From Oculina patagonica (Eukaryota), in assembly GCF_052425735.1 (NCBI RefSeq), contig NC_135769.1, positions 28,892,001 to 28,956,000 of the forward strand: DNA of 64,000 nt, written 5' to 3'. The notes under the pieces are model-generated. The model was not told where the DNA came from and searched no databases. It was given only the letters and a program-made list of their open reading frames with translations. The position numbers were made by a program, and so were the translations under genes. Within the stretch, counting starts at the first letter, position 1. Every line of letters begins with the position of its first letter. Shown in pieces: positions 51,419 through 63,724 of this stretch.

Positions 51419-52054
51419 TAAAGAAAGACGTTACCTTGATGTAACGTTTTAAATTTGCCACGTTTGTAATAAAAAAATAAATGTTTATTGCCATCATAGA
51501 TGAAAATGTTTGTGACTTGAGAGCTAAGTTTTCAGACCTCAGGTCGCAAAAGGGAATTAGTTAATTTGCACTCGTTGCATAACTTAACACTTGTTGATTC
51601 AAAACAACACTTCGAATTCATTCAAAAGAGAATAAATTCGAAGTTAATTATGTAAAAAAAAAACGATCAAGTTATTATTTTCTAAAGTGTAAGTTAAATA
51701 ATGTATCTACCCGAAATATTTGGGCCGGAACGGAACGAACCAAAGAAGTGCTTTTGTTTATGACCTTTTTATCAAACATCGAGCACACCACGACAGAATC
51801 GTTCATTCAACCTTTTTTGCCGCTTGTTGGTTTTTAAACAAGATTTGTATCACGGTCAAACTATCTAAAGTGCCACTTTAACAAATTGAGGGTTCTTCCA
51901 CGCGAATAAAATTGCAGTCTTTTCGTCTCCTGGAGGACTACGCCCCAAACAGGCAACATTAAAAAAAATTCTTTATCGCCATTTCTCTGACACTATGAAT
52001 CAAATCACTAAAAATTCTTTGGCTTGTTAAGTTACCATGTTTTGTGAATACTGT

Positions 52055-52167
52055 AGTTTGTAAAAGGTTTGTCGCTGACTGTTTTTGATGTTAAATTTTT
52101 AAGACGTTTCGGCTGTTACTTAAGCCTTCATCAGTTATATAGTCAGCGACAAACCTTTTACAAACTA
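52055..52167 (-). mobile_element. Penelope-like inverted repeat with minimal hammerhead core
   Basis: About 27 bp inverted arms tagtttgtaaaaggtttgtcgctgact / agtcagcgacaaaccttttacaaacta enclose minus-strand CTGATGA-A-GGCT-taagtaac-AGCC-GAAACGTC (52134-52103). Confidence 0.55.
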
Positions 52168-54782
52168 TGTCATCCCTTGACTACAATTACACTATTTTGT
52201 GAATCACTGTTATTCCTCTGGTGGTTTCCGCCATTTTCTTTCCCACCGTTTTTAAGCTTCTTTTAACCTGGTGCTAGTGTAAAGCATTATACTGATTTAA
52301 TCATCTTTTGTTTCGTTGGTAATAACTTTGGATAATAAATATTGCAAAGAAACGAAAACAGAGCATAAAATCGCATCCAGCATTTTTTCTTTTGGGGCGA
52401 AGGTGTAATAGCCTGAATATTATAAAGCACGAAGGGAAAAATGACTCATATCTCGCCGTAAAAGTCTTTTTTTCGTTTTTTTTTTTTTTCATGTGTAAAT
52501 TGATAATTTTAATTTTCTTAGTAATTCGGTTCAATGACGATAAACTTTAGCATTACACTGAGGTGTGTTTTGAACGAATGCTCACTTTTTGACGATATAT
52601 TAACCCGCAGAGAAACAACAACATTGAAAAAAACTTGTGGGTGTGTGTACAAATAGTTGTCAATGGAATCATGATTCAATTCCAAAAACAAAATTACAAG
52701 CTGCATGAGGCTTGGGTTCAACACAGTACTTTTAAGGATTCGGACATAATTTAAATGAGAAAAAAAAAAAACAATAGCTTTTGTACATTAACATGAAAGT
52801 ACGGCTTATGGCGAGTCACTATATGCGCTTTTTTATATAACTCAATTTAAACACTCCTTGCTATAAGGTCACAACAATATAATTTTACCAAGAATATAAG
52901 TTTCCCTTCTATCCTAAAAATATATAAACTGCAAACGATTTAAATACGCACTCAGCTTAGGAATTTATGCTAATATTAAATGATATTGATGTGATATTAA
53001 GATTAAAATTGTTTTAAACAGCAGCGACGCCTAAGATTAATCCGTTCGCGTCATAACGCGTTGAAAATGTATTATGTAATGACTATTAATACTAGTGTAT
53101 TATCATTCTGATAAGGGGCTTAAAATGACCTAAGAGTTATTTTCTTTTTGCGAAACAACGCGGCATATTAACCGGTTTAGTTTCTTCAAAAGCTAAGTGA
53201 TATGTAGTATTAAAATTTAAGTATTATTGTTGTCTATTCCACGAACCTTTTTTTCGGTTAAGCTTTGACCTTTTTGAATAAGTTGTGAAATATTTAAAAA
53301 ACGGATGTTTTCGTTCTTGTAATGCGGCTTTCTTCGACTGAAATGAAATGGCGTCCCGCGATAAACAATTCAAGAATAATAAGTTCTTAGTTAAAAGAAG
53401 TAAAAACAAAACAACTGCTACCCTTCGGTTTAATCCGTACGCGTCATAACGCGCTGAAAATGCATAATGTGTTAATTAGTTATCCCAGTGCATTCTTAAA
53501 GTAAAAGTCTGTATACAATTAAGCTTTGTACTTTTTTATTTGTATTCGCTTTGAATGTAAAATTGCTCACAGACAAGAAACGTATTCAATTCGATTCTGT
53601 TTGGATGCGAGAGCGACGCGTTTTAAAGTGACGAATTCCAATCTAGTTTTTATAGTGCGAAAGCAAAAATTACTTTCTTCTGCTGTACATGTTAATCAAT
53701 GAACGCCTTTCTTCCATGTGGGAATTGATGTTTAAATTATCTTGTGATTCAGTTCAATAACGATAAAATTTCGCATTGTCATATTAAAAAAATGTGAACA
53801 ATAAAAATCCAAAAGATTATGTAACCCTATTCTGCACAAACAAATGAAAGTTTTTGGGTCGTTTTAATTTTTGTGATAAAAATCAGGAAAATGTACGCGT
53901 TCGACAAGAGAGAAAAAATCTTGCATGGAATGCCACCCTCTAGCAGCAATCTACTCCTGTGTTGGACCGACAAATGTGACATTGGCTGCATAAAATTTTT
54001 TATGTTATTAAATCACATGCAGTGTGACTGAAATAAACGCTGTTGCAATTTTTACCTACAAACATGCACAACTCCTCTGGAAAAAAAGAAAAGAAAATGC
54101 TTGTACAACGCTGCGGGGAACACTTTAGCCAGTGTCGACTTTTCTCGTCGTTTCCCAAATGACTCTCCCGGCAAGGACTATTACATTTTGTAGTTCCACA
54201 TTCCTAAGGAAAAACTCACATCATTTCTATCGTAACTGTAGAGTTGCGTTATAAAAAATGCTCCATGAATTATTTCTATGAGTACTTCGAAGATGTGCAA
54301 TTTTAATCTTGATAAATAAATGTTGTTAGTCTTAATAACTCTGTCGCGAAAATAACACCTTTCCGCCCCGTGATATTTCGAAGAACGATGACAAACCACG
54401 ACTTATTCCCTTATCAAACAAATCAGTGTCATACAGTAAAAAAAGCAAATATTTTGCTTAAATAATAGTTTTGGAAGAGCGCAGTAAAGTTGGTGTTTCG
54501 TTCTAGACATCACTGCTTTGGTCGCCTATAGCAATGCGGGTTTGAGAGCAAATTATGCCTTTCAACAATAATGGAAGCAACTGTTTAAGATTTCATTAAT
54601 AAACTCTAAAATTATTCTAAACGACTGGAAAGGGAAATAAACATATACAATACCTTGAAGCTGTTATCAAGCCTCCGATAAATGATAGCAGCACAATTAA
54701 AAGTTTCATGCTCGTAGCGAGTTGAAGAGGAATCGTAGAGTGGCCTTTCTGTCCTAAACGCGACTTGCACTAGAGGGCGTCC

Positions 54783-54821
54783 ACTAACCTTGCTCTGTTT
54801 ACCGCGTGCCTTTTATATATA
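54783..54821 (-). promoter_or_regulatory. Candidate TATA box plus initiator for LOX-C
   Basis: Minus strand TATATAAAAG (TATA at 54817) with a TTAGT initiator-like motif whose A is at 54785, 32 nt downstream and 76 nt before the ATG. Confidence 0.6.
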
Positions 54822-55724
54822 GCACAAAAGGATTTAATGAATACCACTTTTCCACTTGGGAATTGATATTTTAATTTTTTGGTGCCTCGGTTGAATGACA
54901 ATAAAATTTCTCATAAAAAGTGTTTTTTTTAGTGAATGCTCACAAAACCGTAACAGCGTCTAATCAGAGCGGGACCAATTAAACAACCCGTACCAATCAT
55001 CACAGCCAGAACAGAAACAACACATTCCAACATTTTCGAGTACAAAACAATAAAATATCAACTCGTTCGCCCGCGATGAATGCGCTTTTTGATCTCAACT
55101 GCTTTTTAACTTTTGTATTTTGGCAGTGCGATTTAAATATAAATAAAGATGTAACCAAAGTACGTCTTGAAAGTGTGAAAGAACTCCAAAATGCGTGAAA
55201 ACAGAAAACGCAGAGGCCGTATGTGCCGCCAATGTACGTGATGAAGTAGCATTGTCGAAAAATAATTAAAACCTCAAGCGCTTCGCTGGTCTCACGGGTT
55301 AAATTTCTGATTTTTCTAACAGAGTAGACAATTACAGAATATTTTGCGTATTGCATGATGAACAAATGCCTCAATCTTACATCCTCAACTAAATATGTGT
55401 TTGTTTTCCAATGGCGAATTGAAAATTCAACATAACCTTGTTGATTCGGTTGGATGATGACAAAAAATATGCGAATGGTGGTGTTTTCAAGAATGCTGAC
55501 TAAACCGTTCGCTGAAGTGTTATAGATTTACACAGTTCGTTTAACCGATCAAAACAACTGATTTTGGAGTTTCCAGTTTTGGCCGAATTATATTGTGCAG
55601 CCGGTTTTAATTTCGATGGGCGTCGATCGACTAATCCTGGTCTGTTTAAGGTTGCTCGATCCGGTTTTGGAGTGACGATACCTTTCAACTTTGAGCAACT
55701 TGCATGCCAACATAAAGAATACAA

Positions 55725-55850
55725 CAGAAAATCGACCAACACAGCTGCACCATTGCTGAAATCGATCAACACAGCTGCACCTTTACTGAAATCCATCAAT
55801 ACAGCTGCACCTTTACTGAAATCCATCAATACAGCTGCACCTTTGCTGAG
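55725..55850. repeat. 30 bp tandem repeat x4 containing CAGCTG
   Basis: Unit ACAGCTGCACCTTTACTGAAATCCATCAAT; appears as NTAAPLLKSI repeats in the ORF track. Confidence 0.9.
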
Positions 55851-56919
55851 GTGTAGTTGCATTGTCACTGATTCTCTAAAAATGATTTTAAAACGTGAAA
55901 ATATGTCACTACACCTTGAAGTTGTTTTAATTTCGTTGGGTGTCGATTGACTAATTCTGGTCTGTTTAAGGTAGCTTGATCGGGTTTTGGAGTGACGATA
56001 CCTTTAAACTTTGAGCAACTTGTTTGCCACCATCAACAATACAACTGAAAATTGGTCAATACAGCTGTACTAAACACTGTTAACAGAAGCGTCTTGGCCC
56101 AAATGATGTTTTCATCGCAAGTGCTAGACCTACACAATCAATCAACACCCCCTCCCCGTTCCCCACCTACCCTTTGCCCCTTTCCCTGCCTACCCTTTGC
56201 CGAGGGGCACTCCGCCCAAATGAATCGTAAAGCAAACAAATTTATTTTCATCGGATTCTTCTACAACCACTGTAATTTTTAACGGCGTTGCCTACCCGCC
56301 AAGATGGCGTCGAAACCGTAACAAGGTCTATTGAATGTTTGATAAGTGATAGATACAATATGGGCGGCCGATCTGTATGGGTATTTACAATGATCGACGA
56401 GCCGAAGGCGAGCCAATGTAAATATTTAAATTTATCAGACGCGAATATTGTAACGGACTTGTTTCTATAAGCTTCAAAACAGTAAATTGATGCAATAGAT
56501 CGGTGCCATTTTGAATCAAAAATAGAAAATGTATATTCTGTATTGAGATTTACAGCGCATTCATAGAACCTGAGTAGTGACTCTTCTCATTGTATCCGTT
56601 CCTTTTGAATTATTAATGAATTTTACAATATAGAGATGATTTCGTTGCTTGCTGTTGTAAATCTTAAGGTAGGAACCCACATAGAGGCCTACCTTGCAAG
56701 TAGAGAGAAAATACAGGCACTTTGAATACAAAGCGTTACCTTATTATACTGTATTTTTTTAGCTTCTATAGTAGAACGGAAATGTATTTCATCGAATAGA
56801 GGAGATGGGCAATCAGCACACTTAAGAAACCAAACAACTCTCTCAACTGTCCAAATGTACTGCTAGCTTGTGTCAAATAAACCGTGTAAAACATCTATTT
56901 GATAAATTAAACCAACGCT

Positions 56920-57510
56920 AATAACCACCATCAATTCTCTGGTTTTCAGCAAAAATGATGTTTTATTGTTCATCAGTTTGGGCTAGTACAACAAAAAAAA
57001 CATTGCTCGACTTCAGAAAGTGCAAAACTTCAGAAACTTTGCGGCTAGGGTTGGCACCGGAACAAGGAAATTTGATCACATCACCCCTACGTTAAAGCAA
57101 CTCCATTGGATGCCGGTTGCTTGGCAGCTTGAAGTCAGAGACGCTGTAATGGCTTATAAATGTTTGCACGGACAAGCCCCAGCATATCTGCGCAGCAAAT
57201 TTATTGTTAGATCTGACGTCCATTCTATCAATACAAGACACAGAAACAAGTTGGATGTCCCGCTATTCAAAACAGAGCTGCTCGACTTTGGAACGAGCTA
57301 CCTCTGACTCTAACAGATGTAAATAGTTTGAGTATTTTTTAAGGATGCTATAAAACGTCGCGCTTGGAAGAATTTTATTGATACATAGAACCCTTTTAAA
57401 CGAAACCCTTTATAATATTTAGAATGATTTTATTTTTTAGCTGTACAGTTTTAATATTTCATTGTAATTTACCCTGAAAAACTATTTTTGGAGAGGCAAA
57501 TAAAATCTTA
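56920..57510 (+). mobile_element. Degraded L2-type LINE 3' fragment
   Basis: Translation RLQKVQNF...[18 protein letters not shown]...YKCLHGQAPAYL...NTR. Confidence 0.8.
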
Positions 57511-58078
57511 ACTCTATAAACGACATTTTTCCCATTCCCTAGGAAACCCATGCATAACAACCGTGACTCAGAATTCGAATGGCACGCAACTTAGTAGAAT
57601 AAAAGGGAACTGTCTAAAACAAAAACGAGAGCAAGGTTTATCTTGCAAACAAGAATATCGGGCAGATGTGTATATTTTTATCTGTATTAACGGTTTAATG
57701 CTTTTCCGATCAAGGACTACAAAACAATCTGCACTTCTTTGACATCGCTTCGGCCCCATGTTTTACCTTTTTGGGGAATTTTGACTGAGCATTAAACTTT
57801 TTCAAAAACCCATTTATCTGATAGAGACATCAGAACAGAAAAGGGCGAGATTCGTCCTGCAAAAAAATAAAACACTTGCACACATACCACAATGTCAAAT
57901 TCACCTTTAATGTGATTATGTAAGCTTCACTGCATAACACGAAACACCGCATAACTTTTTGGCAACTATTTGCAGATTCACACTTATTTTAAGAATACAT
58001 TTTAAAATGTAAAGAAGAATTGAAACCACGCCCTTTATATCACCTATGTGACATGGAATTGTGGCTAACTAAGCCTTC

Positions 58079-61000
58079 TTAAGTCTGGATTCCATTCGGC
58101 AGCCATCTTGGAATAAAATATGGATAGGTCAGCTGACCTCTCGCCTTCCGTTTCCGGTTCTCCTCTTGCATGCGAGGCTGAACAACATGCATTAGGTAAC
58201 TATAGTAACCATTGACGAGGTTCACAGCATTGATGTCTTGAAGTTCGTTTCCGTAATCAAACAAAGTATCGAAGCGGAAACTGCCAAGGGAATTGAAGCC
58301 AGAAGACTGAATCTGCAGGAAAAAATAAGATTGGTTATGTTTTTATTTTTCTCATTTTTCCATTAAAAAAATATTCTTCATTTTAAGACAAGAGTAAGAA
58401 AACTGGCTCTTTAAAAGTAGTGGGTCGAATGACAGCATTGCCGGGCAAACTAAAACTTGGTTAAATGAGTGCTAAAGGCAAACTCGTGGCGACTGTCGAA
58501 TTTACGCCAAATATAAAAATTACGAATGTTCAATGGCTCGAAAAATTATAGGGGCACAAAAAGTAGGTATTGTTAAAGCTTGGTTTAAGGGGAAATTTTT
58601 TAGCAGCACAGTTAACAATGTACCATGGCAGGTATAACGACCTGTAAAATTGCTATATTTATATACAGAGGAAGCCACATCAGTTCTTGCTGGCTTTCAT
58701 ACGGGTCCCCTATCCAGGTCGAATTCGATTTTGGAAATTGTTGGTTTTTCAGGAGGGAAAAAAACCGGAGAACCCGGAGAAAAACCCTCAGAGCAAAGCG
58801 AGAACCAACAACAAACGCAACCCACACATGGCACCGGGCCGGAATTGAACCCGGGCCACATATGTGGGAGGCGAGCGCTCTCACCACTGGGTCATCCCTG
58901 CTCCCCTGTCTTGCTTTACAGTCGAAGACCCCCCCCCCCCCCTACCACTCCCCCCGCCACAAATCTCCAGCTTCTCTTCTAATCCAAAAAATAATTAAGT
59001 TTAACTTACCGCAGTTGTCAGCCTGTTAGGAAGACGGAAAACAGAGAACTCTCCATCTTCCACTCGGGTGTCATTGTACAGCTTAGTTGGTTGGTTTGAA
59101 ATGTATTCGGGGTAGTCTGTCACCAAATAGTTAACAGAGGCGTGATAGATTGTCACGTGGGAAATGATGCGACACAAAATCTCACAGAGCTCTTCCTTTG
59201 AATCAATAGCAGCAGGCAAACCTTGAATCTATGAAAGAGAAAAAGAATTAAATTAAAGCCATTAAGGAATATTCTGATCCAAAAAGAATAGAAAGGCCTA
59301 AATTTTAACCCTTTTCTCACAGGCAAATTTTTAATTTGTCAGAGGTGGCACGTTATTGACTCAAGAATCACACAAACTAAACATGCCTTACAATCGTATG
59401 CAACCAACATATCGCATCAGCGATATAAGATAATTTTTTTAATTGCTTTAAATGAATTTTATGCTGTTAAGAAGTCAAAAGAATAATATCAGTTTAGGGC
59501 TAAGAAAACGTGCAGGTTGTTAGTTAGCTTAAGGAACTTCTTCTTTGGTGATTGATCGACAACTTGGCGGCGAATGACCAAGTCAGGCCCCTAAAACAGG
59601 CTCACTAGAATTAAGTCATTGTAAAAGAGAGAAATTTTATGTAAATTACGCATCACTGTTGTGTATTGGGGATAAGTTTGTCTATCTTCATTCTTCACAC
59701 TTACCATTCCAATGCCTCCGTTTGGTCCAGTTCCATCTAATGAAACTTCATTGAGATAAGCCTGAAGCTCCACATCTTCTTTCACGTCTTGATCCTCTTT
59801 ATAATATCTAAAAAATATCATACCTCTTGGTCTTGAAAACTGAATTCAAAGTTGCAGTTCAAATTTGTTTTGGTTTGAACGTTTTCAAAAAAGTTTGAGA
59901 GTTTCCTTGTTTTGGCGACGATCTTTTTCGATTTAACCTGGCGTGGCAACAAAATGGAATCTGTTGAAATATCGGATGAATTTCTGTAATAAACAGTAAC
60001 GTCATCAACGATCTGCCCATACGTACTGAACAGAAGACGCGTTCACACACTAAACTCTGTTGCCACGTAACTCNNNNNNNNNNNNNNNNNNNNNNNNNNN
60101 NNNNNNNNNNNNNNNNNNNNNNNNNNNNNNNNNNNNNNNNNNNNNNNNNNNNNNNNNNNNNNNNNNNNNNNNNNNNNNNNNNNNNNNNNNNNNNNNNNNN
60201 NNNNNNNNNNNNNNNNNNNNNNNNNNNNNNNNNNNNNNNNNNNNNNNNNNNNNNNNNNNNNNNNNNNNNNNNNNNNNNNNNNNNNNNNNNNNNNNNNNNN
60301 NNNNNNNNNNNNNNNNNNNNNNNNNNNNNNNNACGGGAACATAACAAAAAAGGGTTAAAATAAAAGAAAATACTAAAAAACTATGGCTATTTATTCCACT
60401 CTAAGCATTTATATATTTGAAACATGGGCCTTAGCTTTGCCGTGAAGTTCGAAGACGCGGCTTCTGAATCACTTTGGAAAGAAAAGTGTGTTACACTTAC
60501 AGGTTAACGTAATCTTTCACCATGTGTTCGATAACTTCCAAGATTTTTAAACCATCATCTCGGAAAGGGAAGTAGGGCAGCAGCTTCCTGTCATCTAGTC
60601 CGCGGTCCTGGTGAAATAAAATCGACATAAAGTTCTATACACAGTAGCATTAAAAAAAATGTAAACTAAAAAGTCAAAAAATATTCCAGGTATATGCGTT
60701 ATCTGGAATTTGGGTTACAGTGGAACCCCGATATAACGATCCTCGATATAACGATATTCCCGATATAACGATGAATATTCTATGTCCCAGCAAAAGTTAC
60801 AGTAAAATGTATGGGACAGAACCCCGATATAACGATCTTCGATATAACGATATTCCCGATACAAGGATGAAAATTTAGCGAACCGAACGTAAAATCTTCC
60901 CCGATATAACGATATTCTCAGTTCACAGTCACAATTAAAGCAAAATATTGAATTTAATTCAATAACAGAACACCAAAAAGGTTATCTTTAACGTTTCTGA

Positions 61001-63724
61001 CAACAGCTTTGTAAGTCTTTTGAACGAATTGATATACGACAATGACACTGTATTCTAAGCCTCTTCATCCAGTAAAAAAGTATATGTTTGGTTTACCCCG
61101 ATATAACGATATTTTCGGTCATTTTACGGCCATATCGTTATATCAGGAACTTCGATATAACGATTCCTCGATATAACGATATAAATTTACTGCTCCCTTG
61201 GCATATCGTTATATCGGGGTTCCACTGTATTAAATTGCTTCTCACATCGTAAACGTTAGGCGTTGGAACGTTTTTTTTATTAGCAATGCAATGTGTACTT
61301 GAAACTACTCACTCAAGACACCGCTACAACTCACTTTGATGTTCTTTCTATAATCTGTCACTTCCCATGTTGTAAGTGGATGGATATCTTGCAGAAGTCT
61401 CTGCGATCCCTGGCTTCCATATGCGAACAACAAAGTAGCAAGCCCTGTGTCTCCAAGTAGGACAGGACTTCCAAACGTGTTGGGGACAATCACCTCTCGG
61501 CAGTGATACTTGAGCATTTGGTTGAGTGGATGTACGGGAGGCAAGGTCCGTTTTAAGGAGACACAGAATGGCTCGATGAAATAATGGACCTGGAACGAGT
61601 TGTCAAGATAAAAAAATAATTCAAAGTTTACCTGACATGCAACGGTCATAAGAACAGCGGCTTGGTAAGTTTAGCTTTCGAACTATGGACTAGGCCTGTC
61701 CCGATTGTGCACGGCAGCTTTTGAGCAAAGTTTTCCGTTTGGAGGACGTTTGAAGCAACTTTTTGCGGTTCTAGCAACCTCGAGCAAGTTTTGCCTTTCT
61801 GAGTACCTTTTGAGCGAAATATAGGGTTTAAAGCACATTTCAAGCACGAAAACGTCAACGATTACATAGAAAACTTCAATTTATGCGAATTTGTCGAATG
61901 TTTATCAACCTTTTGAACACATAAACTGTCAATTGACAAAGTTTTTTCAGTCAGTTAGACTTCAGAGTATTCTTAAATATTTTTGTGCAACTGTTTAAAG
62001 CTAAGTTTCACGCTTTTTTTCTTGACCGATGTTAGCAATTATTGAGAAGAACGAAAAATAAAGCTTTTTAATAACGTTAATTTAAAAATATCAAGAAATT
62101 TAGAAATCAACTTTTTTGTATTTCTGGCAATTGTTTCTTTAGCAACTTTTTGGCATTCCAGTGAGCAACTTTCCAGCATTTTGCGAACACAATCGGGACA
62201 GGCATAGACCACGTCAATAAGTCACATAAAGGGGTTTAAATATCGCATTTGTAAGTGCAGAATCAGGTTTAAGAATAGTATTTTATAAAATATATAATAA
62301 CTAATTTTGACGCAAAGCCAAGCAATGGCAAAACATCAAGATTTTGTTGCTGTGGGGTATTGATGATGATAGATGTCAGTAAAACAAAATTACAGTAAAA
62401 TTTTTTTGCCAACCTGTTTTGCCGGGAAAATAATTATGAATGAAATGCACCTATGTTTAACTAAAAACCGACGAACACCTGCATGCATTTTCTCGACAAT
62501 AATTTGCCTTGTACTTCAGTTAACAGTTTTTTTTTTCAGTTACCCTAGCGAGGTGCTCCGCAATTTGAGAATATCCTAAGTCCGTGATTTGAACATTGAG
62601 TTTGGCAAGCATCCAGTTGTCTCCATCATTGGGGGTGTAAACGGCTGAATCTGGCAAAAACACAATTAATTTCAGGTAAGGAACACACAAAAAAGTAATG
62701 AGAAAACATACATACTTCACGTGAAACAACGTAAGGTATGTTAAAGCCTTTATGTTATTTAAAGATATTAGTATAATTTTGTATAGCATCAAATGGTTAG
62801 GAGAATTTTTATTTCCCCTGGAAGGGATTCTAGTTTATTGCATGTTTTTTTTTTCAAAAATTCAGCGGTTCCCATTTATCGCACTCCTGTATGGATGAAA
62901 AGAAGCCCTGAGCGAGATGGTGAAAGTATTTAAAATGTCACCGATCGAAAGTCTGTCTTGTTTGGTTTTACGAAATCCAGAGTTGAAACACCACCTCTGT
63001 AAAAGAACTGATGATGATAAGCGGTTCGATTAAAACATTGACAGGCCGGACAAAAATCTACGGGGTGCTCTGTGCCCCGGTAAATAGACGTTTTATGGGT
63101 ACGAAAATAATTTAACGCAAACGATACATCTCGCCAGGACGTTAAAGAAACTGACTATATCTAGGATTTTTTCAACTACCAGGCCTAGAACCGATATGGC
63201 CGTGTCATATGGATTATATGAATTTGATGCAATGATAAACATTTCCGTCTCATATACACTAAACAGATAAGTTGCAACAGTGGTATGAATATATTTTGGA
63301 TATTTACCTGGTCTGAAGTCCATTTGTATGGCAACGGGCACAAGTTCATTGAAACGACCAACTTTCGCAGATGCAAACAAAGCAATGGGAGAGAGAAAGT
63401 TCCACATGGTCCTTTTAGGATCTCTATCTGTAAGGTCCGGTGATCTGTCCATGTCGTCGCACAACTCGTAACGGAGAGCATAGATGCGACCCTGTCTTAT
63501 GGCCTAAAAAGGTAATTGAATTAACAACTTAGAAGCGTGTTGCTTATATCTTTCCTTATAAGTCAGAAGGTCAGTCAGTCAGTCAGTCAGTCAGTCAGTC
63601 ATAAATCAATAACATACATCTTCCAAGGAATCATCAGTCTTAAGAGCCGCTTGCACGGCAGCTTCCCAGTCAAATTCAGGATTCAGTGTTTCCTTCAACT
63701 TGTTCCAATCAAGTCCTACTGGTC
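58079..63724 (-). CDS. LOX-D: lipoxygenase paralog closest to LOX-B, 3' portion (5' exons beyond window end)
   Basis: Eight intact exons with canonical splice sites and the same lengths as LOX-A: 63724-63618, 63503-63308, 62650-62544, 61589-61335, 60607-60501, 59807-59705, 59228-59010, 58312-58079 (WLPNGIQT, TAA). Motifs EHLARVH and YHASVN. Confidence 0.92.
58645..58906 (-). mobile_element. tRNA-derived SINE in the last intron of LOX-D
   Basis: Minus strand GGGGAGCAGGGA-TGACCCAGTGG (A box) ... GGTTCAATTCC (B box) ... gggtttttctccgggttctccggttt core. Confidence 0.8.
60718..61227. mobile_element. pogo/Tc1-mariner-type MITE
   Basis: ta|CAGTGGAACCCCGATATAACGAT ... ATCGTTATATCGGGGTTCCACTG|ta; many internal CGATATAACGAT repeats; absent from the homologous LOX-B intron. 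Confidence 0.88.
61691..62206. mobile_element. Non-autonomous TIR element with TA-starting termini and 3 bp TSD (Academ-like)
   Basis: gac|TAGGCCTGTCCCGATTGTG ... CACAATCGGGACAGGCATA|gac. The empty site gaactatggaccacgtcaa is present in the paralogous LOX-B intron at about 24790-24809. Confidence 0.75.

Larger units (their letters stand above)
40134..54709 (-). pseudogene. LOX-C: FN2-containing lipoxygenase paralog closest to LOX-A; probable pseudogene as assembled
   Basis: Exons: 54709-54654 (MKLLIVLLSFIGGLITASR), 50657-50306, [exon 3 absent], 49801-49643 (FN2, acceptor AC), 49126-49106, 48960-48937, 48279-48127 (FN2), 46961-46944, 45660-45554, 45294-45099, 44657-44550 (108 nt vs 107 nt, +1 frameshift GATCTTGGGATAC), 44108-43854, 42759-42653, 42035-41933, 41002-40784, 40367-40134 (WLPNGIQT). 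The LOX identity is clear; pseudogene status depends on assembly accuracy. Confidence 0.7.

Noticed and set aside
55500-55950. ORFs with 10 aa repeats (NTAAPLLKSI / DFSKGAAVLM) and a CRISPR-like appearance
   Set aside because: Plain 30 bp tandem repeat with no unique spacers, no splice context and a eukaryotic setting.
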